Source: an uncultured Methylomirabilota bacterium | GTDB lineage: Bacteria > Methylomirabilota > Methylomirabilia > Methylomirabilales > 2-02-FULL-66-22 | Direction of reading: 5' to 3' | Length of the DNA: 64,000 bases | Assembly (NCBI GenBank): GCA_963705305.1 | Contig: OY970067.1 | Coordinates: 1,024,001 to 1,088,000, forward strand | In this document: in pieces, positions 20,886 through 31,391 of the stretch | Layout of the letters: every line of letters begins with the position of its first letter | Position numbering within the stretch: position 1 is the stretch's first letter | Position numbers and translations under genes: made by a program | The notes under the pieces: generated by a model | Seen by the model: the letters and a program-made list of their open reading frames with translations, nothing else | Database searches by the model: none | Told to the model about the DNA's origin: nothing

Positions 20886-21347
20886 CTAGCAGAGCCGAGA
20901 GGAATCCCATGCCGGGTCGGGGACCTCCCGGCCCGCGGAGGATGCTTCCCGGAAGAGACAGGATCGAGATAGGGTTCGAATGTGTTCGGAGGCGAATGGC
21001 TTTGCGGTGCACGCTTGGGTGCATGGCGGTGATTTGGGAGCGGTCGGCAGGCGCAGCGACTGGCGGGCGAGGCGTGGTGAGGTCGGCGGCGGTGGAGGGT
21101 CACCGGGCCGGCCGAGCATCCGGATCTGGGCGAGCTCTGCCTCCCCCCCCGTCGGACTCTCGGCCACAGGGGTGCTGGGATCCGAGTCGTCCAGATCCAG
21201 GAGATCCTGTGGCGTCACGCTGCCCAGCAGAAAGATGGCGAACAGGACGGCGCCCCACAACACCCACGACCGTCGTTTGAGCTCCGCACTGAAATGCACT
21301 GCGACGCTCCAAGACGAGGGGGCCGTGCCCGTCTCGCCCTTCCGCAC
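20886..21347 (-). CDS. Putative membrane-anchored leader peptide, copy 2 (upstream of tctCBA)
   Basis: KRR, hydrophobic segment, DLLDLDDS, Pro-rich linker, RSCLFRE...PDPA plus 7 residues. True start may be downstream of 21347. Confidence 0.6.
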   Translation of the reverse strand: MRKGETGTAPSSWSVAVHFSAELKRRSWVLWGAVLFAIFLLGSVTPQDLLDLDDSDPSTPVAESPTGGEAELAQIRMLGRPGDPPPPPTSPRLARQSLRLPTAPKSPPCTQACTAKPFASEHIRTLSRSCLFREASSAGREVPDPAWDSSRLC

Positions 21348-21428
21348 GGTCCGTCAGCCGGTCGGGCGATCGAGCACGGCGGGAGTTTTCAGGCTTCTCC
21401 GGCCGCTCGGCGCTCTTGCTGCAAAATC

Positions 21429-21458
21429 AGTCTAGCAAACACTGACGCGTGAACGCAA
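21429..21458 (-). promoter_or_regulatory. Putative sigma70 promoter for leader ORF 2 / tct
   Basis: TTGCGT-N18-TAGACT with a TG extended -10. Confidence 0.4.
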
Positions 21459-21471
21459 GGCTCGATGGGGT

Positions 21472-21511
21472 GCGGGGCGGGGGAGAATGTCCGCATCCTC
21501 CCCCGCCCCGC
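21472..21511. terminator. Strong GC hairpin after the oxalate oxidoreductase operon
   Basis: GCGGGGCGGGGGAG...CTCCCCCGCCCCGC inverted repeat; T-run only on the + side. Confidence 0.4.
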
Positions 21512-21571
21512 CGTTTTCTCTTCATGCCGCGCGCTTCGATGCGTGCCGCGCCGCATGTGTGCCGATCGACG

Positions 21572-22597
<1,026 letters not shown>

Positions 22598-22630
22598 TCA
22601 GGCCTTCACGTGATCTGCCATCCTGGCCGG

Positions 22631-23821
22631 CTACTCCTTCTCGAAGCCGACCCAGTGCGTCCGCTTGCAGGCCTTGCCGTCCTTGGCGGCCTTGGCCAGA
22701 TGCTTCGCCATGTACTCGAAGTGCTCGATCTCCACGACCTCGCCGCCCAGGCCGGCCATGAAGGAGGTCACCACCGGCCGCTTCGGCTGGTCGTACAGGG
22801 AGGTGCACACCTCGAACATCAGGCCGCCGCCCATGGTGGCGCCGCCGAACGAGGTCTGGGTCTCGACCACGCCCACTGCCTTCACCTTGCTGAGGGCCGC
22901 GGCCACCGCCTCGGTCGGCCAGGGGCGCACGAACCGGAGCTTGGCCATGCCGATCTTCACCCCCTGCTTCCGCAGCTTCTGGATAGCGGAGCGGGCGGTC
23001 GACGCATGCGCGCCCTGGATGAAGATGGCGTACTCGGCGTCGTCCAGCATGTACTCCTCGACGAAGGGGGAGTACTTCCGGCCGAAGATCCGGCTGAAGT
23101 CATCCAGGGCCTCCTTGATGACGGCCGGGACCGCCATCATGGCCTGTGCCCGCGCCAGCTCCAGGGCGTCGCCCTGGTCGGGGCGGATCTGGGGGCTGTG
23201 CGAGATGGGCTTCTTGGGATCCAGCCGGTGGTCCATCTTGAGGGGGGGCAGGAACTCGTCCACCTGCTTCTGGTCCGGCAGAACCACCTTGCCCGGGATG
23301 TGGGAGACGAAGTAGCCGTCCTGGCAGACGAACTGCGGCAGGTAGATCCGCGGGTCCTCGCCCACCCGGTAGTTGATCAGGTGGTTGTCGAAGGCCTCCT
23401 GCGGGTCCTCGGCCCAGCCCATGAGCCAGCCCATGTCGCGGGCGCAGAAGATGTCCGTGTGCTCCGACCCGAAATCGCCGGGCGGATCCAGGGTCCGGTC
23501 GGCCACCATCATCTGCAACGGCAGGCGGGCGCCGGCGATGGGGGAATAGACCTCGTACGCGTAGGTGCAGCCCACACCGGAGCTTCCGGTGAAGGCCCGG
23601 GCGCCGCAGGCCGAGGCGCCGTACACGACCGAAAGCTGCGCGTGCTCGCCCTCGGCATGCACGAACTCGGCGTCCAGCTCGCCATTCGCCACCAGCTTCG
23701 CCAGCTCCATCATCACCGCCGTGTAGGGGCGGATGGGATAAGAACTGATCACCTCAACCTTGGCGTACTTGGCCGCCTGGGCCGAGGCTGCGCATCCGCT
23801 GATCATCACTTCCTTCGCCAT
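22631..23821 (-). CDS. oorA: Oxalate oxidoreductase alpha subunit
   Basis: SYPIRPYT (Arg where PFOR has YPITP), EGEHAQLSVVYGA, DRTLDPPGDFG. Confidence 0.85.
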   Translation of the reverse strand: MAKEVMISGCAASAQAAKYAKVEVISSYPIRPYTAVMMELAKLVANGELDAEFVHAEGEHAQLSVVYGASACGARAFTGSSGVGCTYAYEVYSPIAGARLPLQMMVADRTLDPPGDFGSEHTDIFCARDMGWLMGWAEDPQEAFDNHLINYRVGEDPRIYLPQFVCQDGYFVSHIPGKVVLPDQKQVDEFLPPLKMDHRLDPKKPISHSPQIRPDQGDALELARAQAMMAVPAVIKEALDDFSRIFGRKYSPFVEEYMLDDAEYAIFIQGAHASTARSAIQKLRKQGVKIGMAKLRFVRPWPTEAVAAALSKVKAVGVVETQTSFGGATMGGGLMFEVCTSLYDQPKRPVVTSFMAGLGGEVVEIEHFEYMAKHLAKAAKDGKACKRTHWVGFEKE

Positions 23822-23832
23822 GGTTTCCCTCC

Positions 23833-24159
23833 TTAGAACGGCTTCTCAAGTCGGACGACGCCATCCTCGAAATCCAGCTCGTGGGCCTTGGAGAGCGCCC
23901 CGTGTGTGCACTCGGCGACGCAGATCAGGCAGCCCTTGCAGTACTCGGCGTTCCACTCAACCTCCGTCCCTTCCTCGTTCAACTGCCAGCAGGCATCGGG
24001 ACAGTAGGCCACGCAGCTCAGGCACAGGTTGCACTCCTCCCGGTTGATGACCGGGCGGTAGATGCGCCAGTTGCCCGTGATCATCATGCGCTGCTCTTTC
24101 ACCGGCGCCGGCGTGCAGCCGGCGAACGGCACCCGCTTTTGCTCCAGAATTACGAACAT
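23833..24159 (-). CDS. 2-oxoacid oxidoreductase delta (2x[4Fe-4S]) subunit
   Basis: TGNWRIYRP, CNLCLSCVAYCP, CKGCLICVAECT; own GGAGG RBS. Confidence 0.9.
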   Translation of the reverse strand: MFVILEQKRVPFAGCTPAPVKEQRMMITGNWRIYRPVINREECNLCLSCVAYCPDACWQLNEEGTEVEWNAEYCKGCLICVAECTHGALSKAHELDFEDGVVRLEKPF

Positions 24160-24189
24160 AACCTATCCTCCTTTGGAAGAACGTGGGCC

Positions 24190-24798
24190 CTAGTTGAGGG
24201 TCTTCACCACGGCCTGCTCGTAGCCGCGCTTCAACGCTTCCTTGTTCGCGACCACCTGCTCCAGGCTGCCCAGCTTCACCAGGCCGGTGCCCTTGGCCAG
24301 GGCGCCCAGGATCGGGGCCGCCACGCCGGCGCCCAGAGAGGTGGCGTCAATGCCGCCCTCGGTTCCGGAGAAGTCGATGGTGCTCGAGCCGGCGATCCCG
24401 TCGGCATCCACGCACACGAGCGCCTTGAGCAAGTTCTTGTTGGGAACGAACTTCAGGATGTCCTCCGGCTTCCGGTTGGTGTTGACCACCAGGACGCCGC
24501 CCTTGGCCATCCCGAGCAGGACGTTCATCCCCTTCACGATGGCGTCGGTGACCAGCACCACCACCTCGGGATGCTTGTTCTCGTACTCGTAGCGCATCTC
24601 GATCTCTGCGTCGCTGATGCGCGCGTATTTCCGGACGGGGACGTTGACGCGGTCCGGAAGGTCCACGTAGTTGTCGAAGGCCTGGACGAATTTCCCTTCC
24701 TTCGCCCCGGCCAGGGCCAAGCCATTGGCGACGTCCCGGCCTTCCTTGTCCTTGACGACCCCCGATGTCCACACCGTAATTTCACGTACCTGAGCCAT
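24190..24798 (-). CDS. 2-oxoacid oxidoreductase gamma subunit (N-terminal part of OorD)
   Basis: EITVW..GVV..K.GRD, KEGKFVQAFDNYVDLPDR, GGVLVVNT. Confidence 0.88.
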   Translation of the reverse strand: MAQVREITVWTSGVVKDKEGRDVANGLALAGAKEGKFVQAFDNYVDLPDRVNVPVRKYARISDAEIEMRYEYENKHPEVVVLVTDAIVKGMNVLLGMAKGGVLVVNTNRKPEDILKFVPNKNLLKALVCVDADGIAGSSTIDFSGTEGGIDATSLGAGVAAPILGALAKGTGLVKLGSLEQVVANKEALKRGYEQAVVKTLN

Positions 24799-24842
24799 AC
24801 TCGCCTCCTTTGGCAGGACTGTAGCGAAAAAGCGCCGGTCCC

Positions 24843-27038
24843 CTACACGACAGAATTCCCGCGCCTCACCTCCCTCTCCAGGGCCCGCGTCCCGGGCCGC
24901 GTGGACTCGACCGTACTTGCCACCTGTGCCTGGGCGTCCTGCATGTGCCGCCAGGCAACGCGGAAGGCCGCAGCCGGCCCGAGCCGTTGTTCCTCCAGTG
25001 CCAGGATGGCCGCCTTCTTACACAAAAGCTCCAGGTCGGCCCCGGTCCACCCCGGCGTAATTTCGGCGATGCGCGCCAAACTGATATCCGTTTCGAGCGG
25101 CATGCCGTCCGTGTAGATCCCGAGGATCTCGCGCCGCTCCGCCTCGGTGGGAAGCGGCAGCTCCAGCACGTAATCGAAACGGCCGGCGCGCAAAAGCGCC
25201 GGCTCCAGCAAATCCGGCCGGTTGGTCGCCCCGATGACCATCAGCCCCAGCGAGCCGTGCAGATCGTCCAGCTCGCGGAAGAGCTGGCTGACCAGGCGCG
25301 GGAAGTGACTCCCGGCCTCGTGCATGGACCGGGCCGGCGCCAGCGCCTCGATCTCGTCGAAGAAGACAATGCAGGGGGAGGCCTGCTTGGCCCGCTTGAA
25401 GACCTCGTGGAGCCCCTTCTCCGACTCGCCCACCCACTTGGAGAGCAGGCTGGGCTGATCCACCGTGATGAGGGTGAGCGCCAGGTCCCCGGCCAGGGCG
25501 CGGGCCAGCATCGTCTTGCCCGTTCCCGACGGGCCGGTCAGCAGGATCCCCTTGGGCGGGTTGAAGCGCGCCTGGGCCGAGATGGCGCCTCCCTGCCGCA
25601 TCAGCTCCAGAATGGTGCGGAGGGTGCGCTTGGTCTCGGCGAGCCCGCCGACGTCCTTCAGGGTGATCCGGGGCCGCTCGGCCAGGAATTCCCGGGTGGC
25701 GGTGGGCTCCACCATCTTGAAGGCCTCCAGGAAATCCTGCTGCGTGATTTGCACGGTCTCGGCGGCCAGCGTCGGCTTTTCCTCGCCCACCTCGAACCGG
25801 ATCTGCGGGATGAGCCGGCGCAGGGCCACCATGCCCGCCTCCTTGCAGAGGACGGCCAGGTCCGCGCCGACGTAGCCGTGGGTGAACTTGGCGATCTCTT
25901 CCAGGTCCACGTCCGCGGCCAGCGGCATGCGCTTGGAATGGATGCCCAGGATCTGGCGCCGGGCGACGAGGTTCGGAACACCGATGCTGATCTCGCGATC
26001 GAAGCGGCCGGGGCGGCGCAGAGCCGGATCCAAAAGCTCGGGCATGTTGGTGGCCCCGATCACGACCACCTCGCCGCGCTCCACCAGGCCGTCCATCAGG
26101 GCCAGGAGCTGGGCCACCACGCGCTTCTCCACGTCCCCGACGACCTGGGAGCGCTTGGGCGCCACCGCGTCCATCTCGTCCAGGAAGATGATGCTGGGGG
26201 CGTTGCGCCGGGCCTCCTCGAACACCTGGCGGAGCTTGGCCTCGCTCTCGCCGTAGTACTTGTGGATGACCTCCGGCCCGCTCACGTGGATGAAGTGTGC
26301 CCGCACCTCGTTGGAAATGGCCCGGGCGATCAGGGTCTTCCCCGTGCCCGGGGGGCCGACCAGGAGCACCCCCTTGGGAGGATCGATCCCCAGCAGGCCG
26401 AAGATCTCCGGCAGCTTCAAGGGCAGCTCGATCATCTCCCGCACCAGCCGGAGCTCGCGATCCAGACCGCCGATGTCCTCGTACGAGACCCGGTAGGCCC
26501 GGTCGCCCGAGACGTCGGGGGCCCGGAAGGAAATAACCGTCTCCTCGTTGATCAGGATCGCGCCGCGGGGCGAGGCCCCCTCGACCGTGAAGGATCGGGG
26601 CCTTGACCCGAGGAATGTCACCTGCAGGTTGTCGCCGAGGACAACGGGGATTCCGGAGAGGAGGTGGCGGAGGTGGGGAACCTCCTCTTCCTTGGGCATC
26701 GGCAGGCCGGCCTGGACGGGGGACAGAAGCAGCGAGGTCGCGGGCTTGAAGGGGACCTTGCGGACGGTGGACCACTCGTCGATGCCGATCTGGGCGTTGG
26801 CCCGCGTGGTCCCGTCGATCATGATGATCTGCTGCCCCCGGTGGGTGGGGGGCAGCTCGGCCGCCCGGGCCACGGTCGAGCGGCGGCCCGTGATCATCAG
26901 GACGTCCCCCGGGAAGGCGTGCAGCCGCACGAGATCGTCCGTGTCCAGGCGGGCCATCCCCTTGCCCACGTCGTCCGTGAAGGCTTCCTGCACGCGGTAC
27001 TGCAGGCCGCTGGCGCTGGTGGTGGCTGGTTCGGTCAC
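24843..27038 (-). CDS. CDC48/VCP-like double AAA+ ATPase
   Basis: N-domain (DVGKGMAR, IDGTTRANA); D1 GPPGTGKT/IIFLDE/RRPGRFDRE; D2 GPSGTGKT/VFFDE/RAGRFD. Confidence 0.92.
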   Translation of the reverse strand: MTEPATTSASGLQYRVQEAFTDDVGKGMARLDTDDLVRLHAFPGDVLMITGRRSTVARAAELPPTHRGQQIIMIDGTTRANAQIGIDEWSTVRKVPFKPATSLLLSPVQAGLPMPKEEEVPHLRHLLSGIPVVLGDNLQVTFLGSRPRSFTVEGASPRGAILINEETVISFRAPDVSGDRAYRVSYEDIGGLDRELRLVREMIELPLKLPEIFGLLGIDPPKGVLLVGPPGTGKTLIARAISNEVRAHFIHVSGPEVIHKYYGESEAKLRQVFEEARRNAPSIIFLDEMDAVAPKRSQVVGDVEKRVVAQLLALMDGLVERGEVVVIGATNMPELLDPALRRPGRFDREISIGVPNLVARRQILGIHSKRMPLAADVDLEEIAKFTHGYVGADLAVLCKEAGMVALRRLIPQIRFEVGEEKPTLAAETVQITQQDFLEAFKMVEPTATREFLAERPRITLKDVGGLAETKRTLRTILELMRQGGAISAQARFNPPKGILLTGPSGTGKTMLARALAGDLALTLITVDQPSLLSKWVGESEKGLHEVFKRAKQASPCIVFFDEIEALAPARSMHEAGSHFPRLVSQLFRELDDLHGSLGLMVIGATNRPDLLEPALLRAGRFDYVLELPLPTEAERREILGIYTDGMPLETDISLARIAEITPGWTGADLELLCKKAAILALEEQRLGPAAAFRVAWRHMQDAQAQVASTVESTRPGTRALEREVRRGNSVV

Positions 27039-27811
27039 GCGCCCACTCCCGCCGCCGGCTGGCCGTCAGCTTTCAGGGCCGGCGCCTCCTTTTCCCGCGA
27101 GGCGAAGACCAGCCGCTCCATCTCTTCCAGATGTTCGTACATCCGCTGCTCGGCCCCCTCGGCATCGCCCTTCTCGATGGCGCGGAGTATGGCCCGGTGG
27201 TTCCGGAGCGACCGGCCCGGCCGGTCGTTCAGCTGCACCGACGCCTCTCGCGTCTCGCGCAGCATATCCATGAGATTGGTCATGATCTGGAACAGCACCT
27301 CGTTCCCGGCGGCCTCTGTCAGCCGGAAATGAAAATCGGTGTCCGCCTTGAGCCCGGTCTTCCCGTCCGCAACGTCGGCCTCCTGCCGGGCCAGGGCCTC
27401 CCGCATGCGCTCTACCTGCTCGGGCGTGGCCCGGAGCGCCGCAAACGCGGCCAGGTCGGGCTCGATCACCCGGCGAACCTCGAAGAGCTTTCGCTGGTTG
27501 CGCCAGAACTGAAGCAGGCTGGCGGCAATGGCACCGTTTGGATGGCTGCCCGTGCCGTCGGCGAGAAAGGTTCCTTCCCCCGGCCGCGTGTCGACCATCC
27601 CGAGGGACTCCATGGACCGAATCGCTTCCCGCACCGTCGATCGGCCCACCCCCAGCGTCTGGGCCAGCTCGCGCTCGGCGGGCAGGCGATCACCCGGCTT
27701 CAGTCCTCCCGAGGTGATCAATTCCCTCACCTGGTCGATGATTTCCTCCGATGCTCTGGTCTTGCGAACGGCGCGGAAGGCCTTGTGACTCACGGATTTG
27801 ATGGTCGCCAT
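27035..27811 (-). CDS. GntR family, FadR subfamily regulator
   Basis: LKPGDRLPAERELAQTLGVGRSTVREA wHTH plus FCD domain (DTDFH, GN, H..I..AI). Probable start MATIKS. Confidence 0.92.
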   Translation of the reverse strand: MATIKSVSHKAFRAVRKTRASEEIIDQVRELITSGGLKPGDRLPAERELAQTLGVGRSTVREAIRSMESLGMVDTRPGEGTFLADGTGSHPNGAIAASLLQFWRNQRKLFEVRRVIEPDLAAFAALRATPEQVERMREALARQEADVADGKTGLKADTDFHFRLTEAAGNEVLFQIMTNLMDMLRETREASVQLNDRPGRSLRNHRAILRAIEKGDAEGAEQRMYEHLEEMERLVFASREKEAPALKADGQPAAGVGA

Positions 27812-27906
27812 CTCATTCACGGCACCCGGCCTGAAAACCCCGGATCCCGGCTCCACAAAAGAGACTCCCCCATCGCCGCGTCATCCGATTGGGAATTCGG
27901 AGTGCG

Positions 27907-27952
27907 TAGGTCAGGAAAGGTTATATGGCCAGATGGTCGGCTGGCCTGACCA
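27907..27952. promoter_or_regulatory. FadR-type operator cluster
   Basis: TGGCCAGA-TGGTCGGC-TGGCCTGACCA; resembles TGGT-N3-ACCA boxes; just downstream of TTGACG-N17-CATATT on the minus strand. Confidence 0.5.
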
Positions 27953-28112
27953 CACCTACAATATGCAACGGACATCGCGCCGCGTCAAGACCAATAATTA
28001 TAGAAACTTATATGACCAGACTAGTCTGAATAGGTGAGCGAAGCGATCTCAGCCTCCCATCACTGGAGGCAGGAACATCGCGCCGGAAGGAAGGAATTTA
28101 GCGCGGCAGACT

Positions 28113-28874
28113 TCACACCACCGGCTGGAGTACCGTCACTCCACAGTCGACCAGCAGGGTGTGCGCCGTGATGCCGGTTGCGTCGCATGCGAGGTACAGG
28201 GCCGCATTAGCGATGTCGTCCACATTGGGGATCCGACCCATGGGGCTCACCTGGATGTTCTTCTCGACCACCTCCCGGGGCCAATCCGTGAAACCCGTAT
28301 CCAGAAAGCCGGGCGCAATGGCGTTCACGCGGATGTTGTCCTTGGCGAACGCGCGGGCCAGGGATTTCGTGATCGTTCCCAGAGCGGCCTTGGAGGCGCC
28401 GTAGATTATCGAGCTCCCGGCCCCCTGGTAGGCCGCAATCGAGGTGATATTCACGATAGCACCGCCGCCCGTCTTGATCAGGTGCGGGATGGCGGCCCGC
28501 GAGCAGTAGATGGGCCCCTTGACGTTGACCGCCCAGGTCCGCTCGAGAACCTCCTCCGTCAGGCCGTCGAGGTCGCGATGGGGGGTAATCTTGCTCCAGC
28601 CCGCGTTGTTCACCAGGATGTCCAGGCGGCCCAGCTTGTCAACCGTCTCCCGCACCAGCCGGCGCGCCTCACTATCCTGGGACACGTCGGCCTTGACGGC
28701 AAACGCCCGGCGGCCGAGCTTGCAGATCGCCTCGGCGGTCTCCTCTCCCGCTTTCTGCCGCCGGGAGTAGTTCACAATCACATTCGCCCCTTCCTGGGCG
28801 AACTTCAGGGAGATCGCGCGGCCCATTCCCGTCCCCCCGCCCGTCACCAATGCCGCCTTGCCCATCAGCTTCAT
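28113..28874 (-). CDS. Short-chain dehydrogenase/reductase (FabG-like)
   Basis: ALVTGGGTGMG, LVNNAG, YGASK, RVNAIAPG. Probable start MKLMGK. Confidence 0.92.
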   Translation of the reverse strand: MKLMGKAALVTGGGTGMGRAISLKFAQEGANVIVNYSRRQKAGEETAEAICKLGRRAFAVKADVSQDSEARRLVRETVDKLGRLDILVNNAGWSKITPHRDLDGLTEEVLERTWAVNVKGPIYCSRAAIPHLIKTGGGAIVNITSIAAYQGAGSSIIYGASKAALGTITKSLARAFAKDNIRVNAIAPGFLDTGFTDWPREVVEKNIQVSPMGRIPNVDDIANAALYLACDATGITAHTLLVDCGVTVLQPVV

Positions 28875-29163
28875 TGCTCGCTCCTGATCCTGGCGTTGAA
28901 CAGTGTTAATCGCCTGGCGGATCTGTCTTCCGGCTGTCGGCAGGAATGGCAATCCCGGCCGAGGCCATTTCGAAATATACCATGACTCGCAGGAGGGCGC
29001 CATGCAAAGCCAGGAGAGGCGAGCGCGATTGCGGGGCTGGACAGCCAGCCGTGTTCGGGCGGGACCCAAAAAGCGTCGCCCCGGGCCCATTCGGCAATGT
29101 GGGTCCGGGGCGACACGAGAGACCGGCCTGCCCCGGAGGGTCTCGGGCGGGCCGGGGAAGAGC

Positions 29164-31341
29164 CTAGAAGTCGTACTTCATCATGAAGCTGAGAATCTGC
29201 GCCTCGTAGTTGGGTGCGGTCGCCCCCAGGAACGGCGTGATTGCGCTCGTGTCGACGTTCCCCATGTACGGCGCCATGGAGTCCATGGCGAAATTCTGCT
29301 CCGTGTACCGCTCGTAGGTGTAGCCCAGCTGGGCCGAGAGCTTCTGGGTGATGAAGTAGCGCGCAGTGATCTTGACGGTCTGGAGCAAGCTGTCGACGTT
29401 CGGCCAGTTCGAGGCGTAGGCGCCCGCGAGGTTGCTGGCGCTTCCCGTGGTTGCCAGGGTCGGTGTCCCCAGGTTGCTGGCGTCAATCCTGGTCTGCCCA
29501 AAGGTGATCGAGTATCCCGCGGTGATCTTCAGCTTCTTCGGGATCACGTCGAGATCAGCGTTCAAACCCACCGTGTGGAAGAAATCCGCGCTGCTGCTCT
29601 TCCAGTCGTTGGCGGCAAAGTTGTACACGGTGTTCGCCCCGACCACCGGGATGTACCGGTTCTGCTGGTTGTACATGTCGCATTCGAAGGTGTAATCGGC
29701 CGACAGCTTCAGCCAGTTCAACGGGGTCCACCCCAGGCTGAAGCCGGCGGAGAGATCGTTGTCGTACGTCAGCCCATACGCTGAATTGTAGTAATTGTCC
29801 TCCGCATAGCTAAACGTGGCGGAAGGCGTCACGGTCTCCCAGGGGGTGAGCTGGAACAGCAGATCTACCTTGTTCTGTCGCCGGTCGGCCTGATCGAACA
29901 TCACGAACTGCGGCAGCTGGCCTGCCGGAGCCACGTAATTGTTGACCGTTCGCTGGCTGTAGCTGTACGTCACCCGGCTCAGGAGCCACTCGATCGGCGT
30001 CAGGTCGAGCGAAAGCTTGCCCGTATGCTGCTCGTCCGAGCTCGAGTCGAAATCCCCCAGGTCCCGGTGCTCGTAGTCGTAGCCGACTTTCAGGGAGGCC
30101 CAGCTGATCGGCCTCCACCCGATGTCCCCGCCGGCGTTCTGCTTCGTGTAGCGCTCTTGCGTCGTTGCGCACGTCGTAATGGAAGCCGCAGTCCCCAAGC
30201 CTTCGGGATCGCAACTGGTGAAGATGTGCTCCGGCGTATCGTTCTGGTACTCGAAGTAGCGGTACCGCACCGTGGTCGTGACGTTGTCGAGCGGACGGCT
30301 GGTCACCTCGATATTGCCCAGGACGTTGTTCGCCTTTGTGTCCGGGCTCGTGCTTCCGGAACTGTCCGCGTTTGTCGGCGCAGCCACGGACGGGTTATTG
30401 AGAGTGAACGTCTGGTCCTGTCGCATCAGGCTGTAGGCAAAGGTCCCACTGATGCGCGACCGCAGGGGCAGGGGCGCCGACCCGGTGAGGTTGAAGGTGT
30501 GCTCGATGTTATTCGGCGGGGCGGCGATCTGCCCCAGGCTGCCTACCCCTGTGGCAGTTGTCGGGTTGGCCCAGGTGTAACTGCTGTAGTCGTTTCGAAA
30601 GATCGAGGCGTTATAGCCGAACTGCAACACATAGCCCTCTCGGGCATACTCCGCGCCGAACTTCACATTCTGCGTCATGTTGTCGATGGGGATGGCCAGC
30701 TCGGTGGGCGAGCCGCCCGGGCTCCCGATCACCGTTCCGAGCGCCTGGTACCCTTGCCTGTGGATGTTTTCGTAGCCCACATCGAAGGTCCATTCCTCCG
30801 TTGGCGTGAACTTGAACCCGGCCTGCCCCGTGTCGGTGTTGAATTTGAGATCCACGGGGCGTGTCAGCGCGTTGATCCTGCTCTGGGCATTGGCGGCCGT
30901 GAACGGCACCAACGTCGAGGGCAGCGTGAAGGTCGAGCCGTTCTGCTGGAAGACCGTCTCCGCGTCATTGCTGATCACGTGCGGGACTCGATTCCAATCC
31001 AAGTCCAATTGGAACAGCCCGTACTGCCCGACGGATCCATCATACTTCTGATCCTCCCGGCCGGGATTGGTCACATCCAGTTTAAAATGGTACGGATTGG
31101 CCGTGTCTTCGCCTTGCAGCGAAAGCCCGCCGATGAATCCGTTATCCATATCCCGGTATTCATCGAACTTCGACGAGTTGCGCTCGCCGAACGAGTACAT
31201 CCCTCCGGCCTCGACCGAGCCCCCGATCCTCCAATCTAAGACATCCTGCTGAGCCCGGGACAGGCCGGGAGCCGCCAGGGAAAGGGAGGCCGCGACGAGA
31301 CCGGCCAGCGCGACGCTCACCCATTTTCGTGCTTGCCCCAT
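29164..31341 (-). CDS. MtrB/PioB-family outer-membrane beta-barrel
   Basis: Signal peptide, SKFDEYRD, FDQADR, alternating beta pattern, terminal Phe (KYDF); directly downstream of a decaheme cytochrome. Confidence 0.88.
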   Translation of the reverse strand: MGQARKWVSVALAGLVAASLSLAAPGLSRAQQDVLDWRIGGSVEAGGMYSFGERNSSKFDEYRDMDNGFIGGLSLQGEDTANPYHFKLDVTNPGREDQKYDGSVGQYGLFQLDLDWNRVPHVISNDAETVFQQNGSTFTLPSTLVPFTAANAQSRINALTRPVDLKFNTDTGQAGFKFTPTEEWTFDVGYENIHRQGYQALGTVIGSPGGSPTELAIPIDNMTQNVKFGAEYAREGYVLQFGYNASIFRNDYSSYTWANPTTATGVGSLGQIAAPPNNIEHTFNLTGSAPLPLRSRISGTFAYSLMRQDQTFTLNNPSVAAPTNADSSGSTSPDTKANNVLGNIEVTSRPLDNVTTTVRYRYFEYQNDTPEHIFTSCDPEGLGTAASITTCATTQERYTKQNAGGDIGWRPISWASLKVGYDYEHRDLGDFDSSSDEQHTGKLSLDLTPIEWLLSRVTYSYSQRTVNNYVAPAGQLPQFVMFDQADRRQNKVDLLFQLTPWETVTPSATFSYAEDNYYNSAYGLTYDNDLSAGFSLGWTPLNWLKLSADYTFECDMYNQQNRYIPVVGANTVYNFAANDWKSSSADFFHTVGLNADLDVIPKKLKITAGYSITFGQTRIDASNLGTPTLATTGSASNLAGAYASNWPNVDSLLQTVKITARYFITQKLSAQLGYTYERYTEQNFAMDSMAPYMGNVDTSAITPFLGATAPNYEAQILSFMMKYDF

Positions 31342-31391
31342 GTTCGCCTCCACAGAAGATTCGCGGTTCCCGAGACTTTCAACCCGAGCCG

